This document shows, one piece after another, positions 34,293 through 38,484 of a stretch of DNA of 38,484 nucleotides. A program made the position numbers and the translations under genes. Location of the stretch: NCBI RefSeq assembly GCF_004010195.1, contig NC_057755.1, positions 6,942,498 to 6,980,981 on the forward strand, given 5' to 3'. Source of the stretch: Chiloscyllium plagiosum. Its lineage: Eukaryota. Each line of letters starts with the position of its first letter. Position 1 is the first letter of the stretch. The notes beneath the pieces are model-generated. The model was not told where the DNA came from. It searched no databases and saw nothing but the letters and a program-made list of their open reading frames with translations.

Positions 34293-37189
34293 TTCAAATT
34301 GGATTGCATTTGTAAACAAATTGGTGACCTTCAACTCGCAGGTCGAGCAGGCAGGCAATAAAGCAACTGGAAAATTCTCACTTATTGCTAAAGAGATGGA
34401 GTATTAAAATAGGGATGTGACACTGTAACTGTACAAGGCATTAGAGAGTCTGCACATGAACATTTAATCCGATCCTGTCTGGAATTTAGAAGATCGTGGG
34501 GAGAACTAATTGAGGCACATCGAAAGTTCAACGGAATCAGCAGAGTAGTTGTCGACTGGATATTTTCTTTCTGGTACACTCTAGAAGAGAGTCCACAGTT
34601 TTAGGATAAGGGGAGCAGAGTTAAAACCAAGTGGGAAGGACTTAATCTTGAATCTGTTTAATTCAGACGCATATTGCACAGTCGATGTTAGGACAAGGAG
34701 TAAGTTTAAGGAAGCGTTAGAAAATATGAGTAATGTGCTGCTGGGCTGTGGAGAGTGAGTCACAAAGTTAGACCGAGATGAGATCCGGCATGATAGTAAA
34801 TTTGGACCAGGATCAAGGAGCTGAAAGCCTCCCCCTGCTCCCAGTACTTATCTTGTAGGTTTTAATCACCTCACTGACTTCACATCCTTTTAAATGTACG
34901 GTAGCTGTAAGTGAAGACTATATTGCAGCTGAAGCAGAAATAGTGCGTTGCACACAATTAACAGAAACTGCTTACACTTGTACTCCGTGCCCATAGCAAT
35001 TAACTGAGGTGACTTACAAATCACTATCTCGATCTCTCCCACCAATGTCAGTGACACATCTACCCAACTTCCTCTTCATCACCATTCCATGACAATACAT
35101 TTCTGAAACATATCTGGCTTTGTGATAAGTTAATCAATTTGTTTTGTAACAGTCTCCAATGCCTGTTTTAATTAGAGAAATTCACGTAAAATATAAATAT
35201 GCAGTGCAAGAGAGCGAACTACATAAGGTTCTGGTCGAGAGTGTGGTGCTGGGAAGGCACAGCAGGTCAGGCAGCATTCGAGGAGCAGAAAAATCTATGT
35301 TTTGGGCAAAAAGCCTTTCAACGTGAAGTTATGTACAGGGATAAAGTGATAGGCGCAGAATTGATACTTTTTTGCCAATACATGTGAACTGACGCTCTTT
35401 GGATGAGTATTGGAGTACGTGGGAATGGAGGTTTGGGCAGTTAAATGTTCCTCCTGCAGAATGTGGGAGGTAAGAGTTACCACTTGTGTCCCTGCTGACA
35501 GCATCTGCGGGAAGTTCACCCAACTCCAGATCCTGGAAAGACACATTTGAGAACTGGAGCTAGACTTGTATGAACTTCGGATCATTCAGGAAGCGGAGTG
35601 GGTTATTGAGAGGGTTTACAGGTAGTCATACTTCAGGTACAAGAAGAAAATAGATGGGTTGCCGACAGGGAAGGGAAAGGGAATCAGCAGGTGGTTCTGG
35701 GATCCCCTGTGGTCCTTTCCCTCAACAATAAGTTCACCATTTTGAATACTATTGGGGATGGTAAGCAATGGAGCATGGGTCTCTGGCACAGAATTTGTCA
35801 TTGTTGCTCAGAAGGGAAGTTTGAAAAGGAGCAGAGAATTGGTTGTTTGGGACTCCACAGTTAGGGGGACAGGTGGGAGGTTCTGTGGGAACGAGAGAGA
35901 CTCACGGTTGGTGTGTTGCCTCACATGTGCCAGGGTTTGTGATGTCTCTGATCGTGTTTTCGGTATCTTTGAGAGGGCTTGGCAGCAGCCCCAAGTCGTG
36001 GTCCGCAGAGGCACCAACAGCACAGGGAGGAAGAGAGATGGGGATTTAAGACAGAAATTCAGGGGCCAAAGGTGGGAGGTTAGAGCTAAGATAAAGACAG
36101 TTGTTACCTCTAATGTGTTGCCCGTATCACATGCTAGCAATGTGAGGCACAGGGAGAGAGAGAAGTTGAACGTGTGGCTACAGGAACGGCGCAGGAAAAA
36201 GTGTTTTGGATTTCTGGATATTTGGGGTTCTTTTCGGATAGGTGGGAACTCTACAAAAAGTATGGTCTTCACCTGAACTAGACGGGTGCCAATATCCTGG
36301 GGGGATGTTTTCTAATGTTCTCTGGGTTGGTTTGAAATAATTCAGCAGGGGAATGGGATCCCAAATTGTATTACGGGAAAACAGGAAGTTGTGAGTCGTC
36401 GCGTCTGAAATAAGTTGTCAAGGTCGCAAGAGGGCACCGGCAAGCAAGCGGTTGGCTTGAAGTGCGTCTATGTCAATGCCAGGAGCATCCAGAATATGGT
36501 GGGTGAACTTATAGCATGGATAGGTTCCTGGGATTTCGATGTTGTGGCCGTTTCAGAGACTTAGGTAGAGCAGGGACAGGAATGGTTGTTGCAGATTCCA
36601 GGATATAGATATTTCAATAAGAACATAGAAGATGACAAAAGAAGCGGGGGGGGTGGGTGGGTGTTGGATGGGTTGGGGGTGTGGTGACATTGTTACTCAA
36701 GGACAGTGTTAAATTTGGAGGAAGTACATTTGAGCAGTAGTCTACTGTGTTAATATGGGCTGAGGTTAGAAACAGGAAAGGAGAGGTCTCCCTTTAGGGA
36801 GTTTTCTATTAGCCTCCAAGAAGTTCCAGAGATGTAGAGAAAGGATAACAAAGATGATTGTCGATAGGAGTGAGAGTGACAGGGCAGTTGTTATGGGGTC
36901 TTTAACTTTCCAAATATTTAATGGTAATACTATAGTTCAAGTACTTTATATTGGTCAGTTTTTGTCAAATATGTGCAGGATGATTTCTTGAGACAGTGTG
37001 TAGTGAGACCAACAAGGGACGAGGACAAATTAGATTTATTTCTGGGTAATGAACCCGGCCAGACGATAAAATTGGAGGTAGGTGAGCTCTTTGATGATAG
37101 TGACAACAATTTGATTATATTTCTTCCCTGAGTGATGGAAAGGGTTTGTTATCTCCTGCAGGGCAACAGTTATCGCTGGGGGAAAGGCG
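34293..37189. repeat. Right arm of inverted segmental duplication (partner 1390-4191)
   Basis: For example, 34293-34393 is the reverse complement of 4091-4191 with one mismatch, and 34980-35150 matches 3190-3360. Confidence 0.88.
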
Positions 37190-38182
37190 TTTGATATGTT
37201 GTACATGGATTTCAGTAAGGCGTTGGAAAAGGTAAGCTAGTGCACAAAATACTGAGCTATGGCATTGGTAGTGATTTAGCGGTTTGGATCAGAAATTGCC
37301 TCGTTGAAAGAAGACAGATGGTGCTGGCTGATGGAAAATGTTCATCCTGGAGATCAGTTACTAGTGGCGCACTGCACGGATCAGCTTTGGTTCCACTGCT
37401 GTTTATCACTTTTATAAATGATCTGGATGAGGGCGTAGAATGATGGGTTAGGAAATTTGCGGATTACACTAAGGTCGAAATAGCTTTGGATAGTGCAGAA
37501 GGATGTTGTAAGTTAGAGAGAGCTGGGCTGAGAGATGGCAAATGGAGTTTAATGCAGAAAAATGTGAGGTGATTCACTTTGGAAGGAGCAACTGGAATAT
37601 GGGGTATTGGAATAATGGTTACATTCTTGCTGGTGGAGATGAGCAGGGCAACCTCAACGTGCATGTAAATAAATACCTGAATGTTGCCACTCAGTTTGAT
37701 AGGTTTGTTCAGATGACATATGGTATGTTAGCTTTTACTGGCAGAGGCATTGAGTTTCAAAACCATGAGGTCATGCTGCAGTTGTACAAACCTCTGGTGT
37801 CGCCACACTTGGTGTATTGCATACACATCTGGTCACCACATAACTGGAAGAATGTGGAACATTTGGAAAGGGGTCAGAGGCGATTTACTAAGATGTTGCC
37901 TGACGTGTAGAGAAGATCTTCCGAGGAAAGGCTGAGGGGTTTTTGTTAGAGGGAACAAGGTTGACAGGCCACTTACTTGAGAGATATAAGATAATCAGAG
38001 GGTTAGATAATGTAACCATGGAGTGCCTTTTTAACTCGGATGGTGATGGCTAGCACGAGGGGACATAGCTTTAAATTGAGGAGTGACAGACATAGAACAG
38101 ATGTCAGAGATAGTTTGTTTCCTCAGAGAGTAATATGGGCGTGGAATGCACTGCCGGCATCAATAGTAGAATCTCCAACATT
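35430..38182 (+). mobile_element. Long CR1 LINE with ORF1 (SGNH esterase-like), endonuclease and internally deleted RT
   Basis: VVWDSTVRG...VCCL...VVVRRGTN (GDS/GTND-like), LKCVYVNARSI, then a jump at about 37190 from the linker to VVHGFQ/MDFSKA, and EFNAEKCEVIHFG. Confidence 0.88.
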
Positions 38183-38484
38183 AGAACATAGAACATAGAA
38201 GAATACAGCGCAGTACAGGCCCTTCGGCCCTCGATGTTGCGCCGATCCAAGCCCACCTAACCTACACTAGCCCACTATCCTCCATATGCCTATCCAATGC
38301 CCATAATGAGGGAGAGTCCACCACTGCTACTGGCAGGGCATTCCATGAACTCACGACTCGCTGAGCAAAGAACCTACCCCTAACATCTGTCCTAAACCTA
38401 CCTCCCCTTAATTTAAAGCTATGCCCCCTCGTAATAGCTGACTCCATACGTGGAAAAAGATTCTCACTGTCAACCCTATCTAAA
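38183..38484 (-). mobile_element. Young CR1 3' end, tail-to-tail with the preceding copy
   Basis: (agaacat)n tail, cagcgcagtacaggcccttcggccc, and RGHSFKLRGGRFRTDVRGRFF. Confidence 0.9.

Overview
Repeat-dense vertebrate DNA. The HE1-type SINE, HER1/CR1 LINEs and Penelope-associated repeats point to a cartilaginous fish (shark). One host gene is supported: a minus-strand class A GPCR of the GPR139/GPR142-like type. Its coding exon 1 (30057-29988, missed by the ORF track) splices in phase to exon 2 (17708-16801) across a 12.3 kb intron, giving 325 aa. That intron holds a CR1 LINE split by a near full-length, decayed Gmr1-like Gypsy element (PR-INT-RT-RH order, SCAN-like Gag). The rest of the window is CR1, L2-group and Penelope fragments, nested and solo LTRs, SINEs, a tRNA-Lys-derived pseudogene, several minimal hammerhead-ribozyme-like motifs and a 500-N gap. 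An approximately 2.8 kb inverted segmental duplication brackets the gene. All calls come from reading the sequence by eye, so repeat family names and most repeat boundaries are approximate. I see no clearly new multi-gene system. The best leads are the orphan GPCR in a duplicated context, the hammerhead-bearing repeats and a 47-nt insert with a 76-bp perfect duplication.
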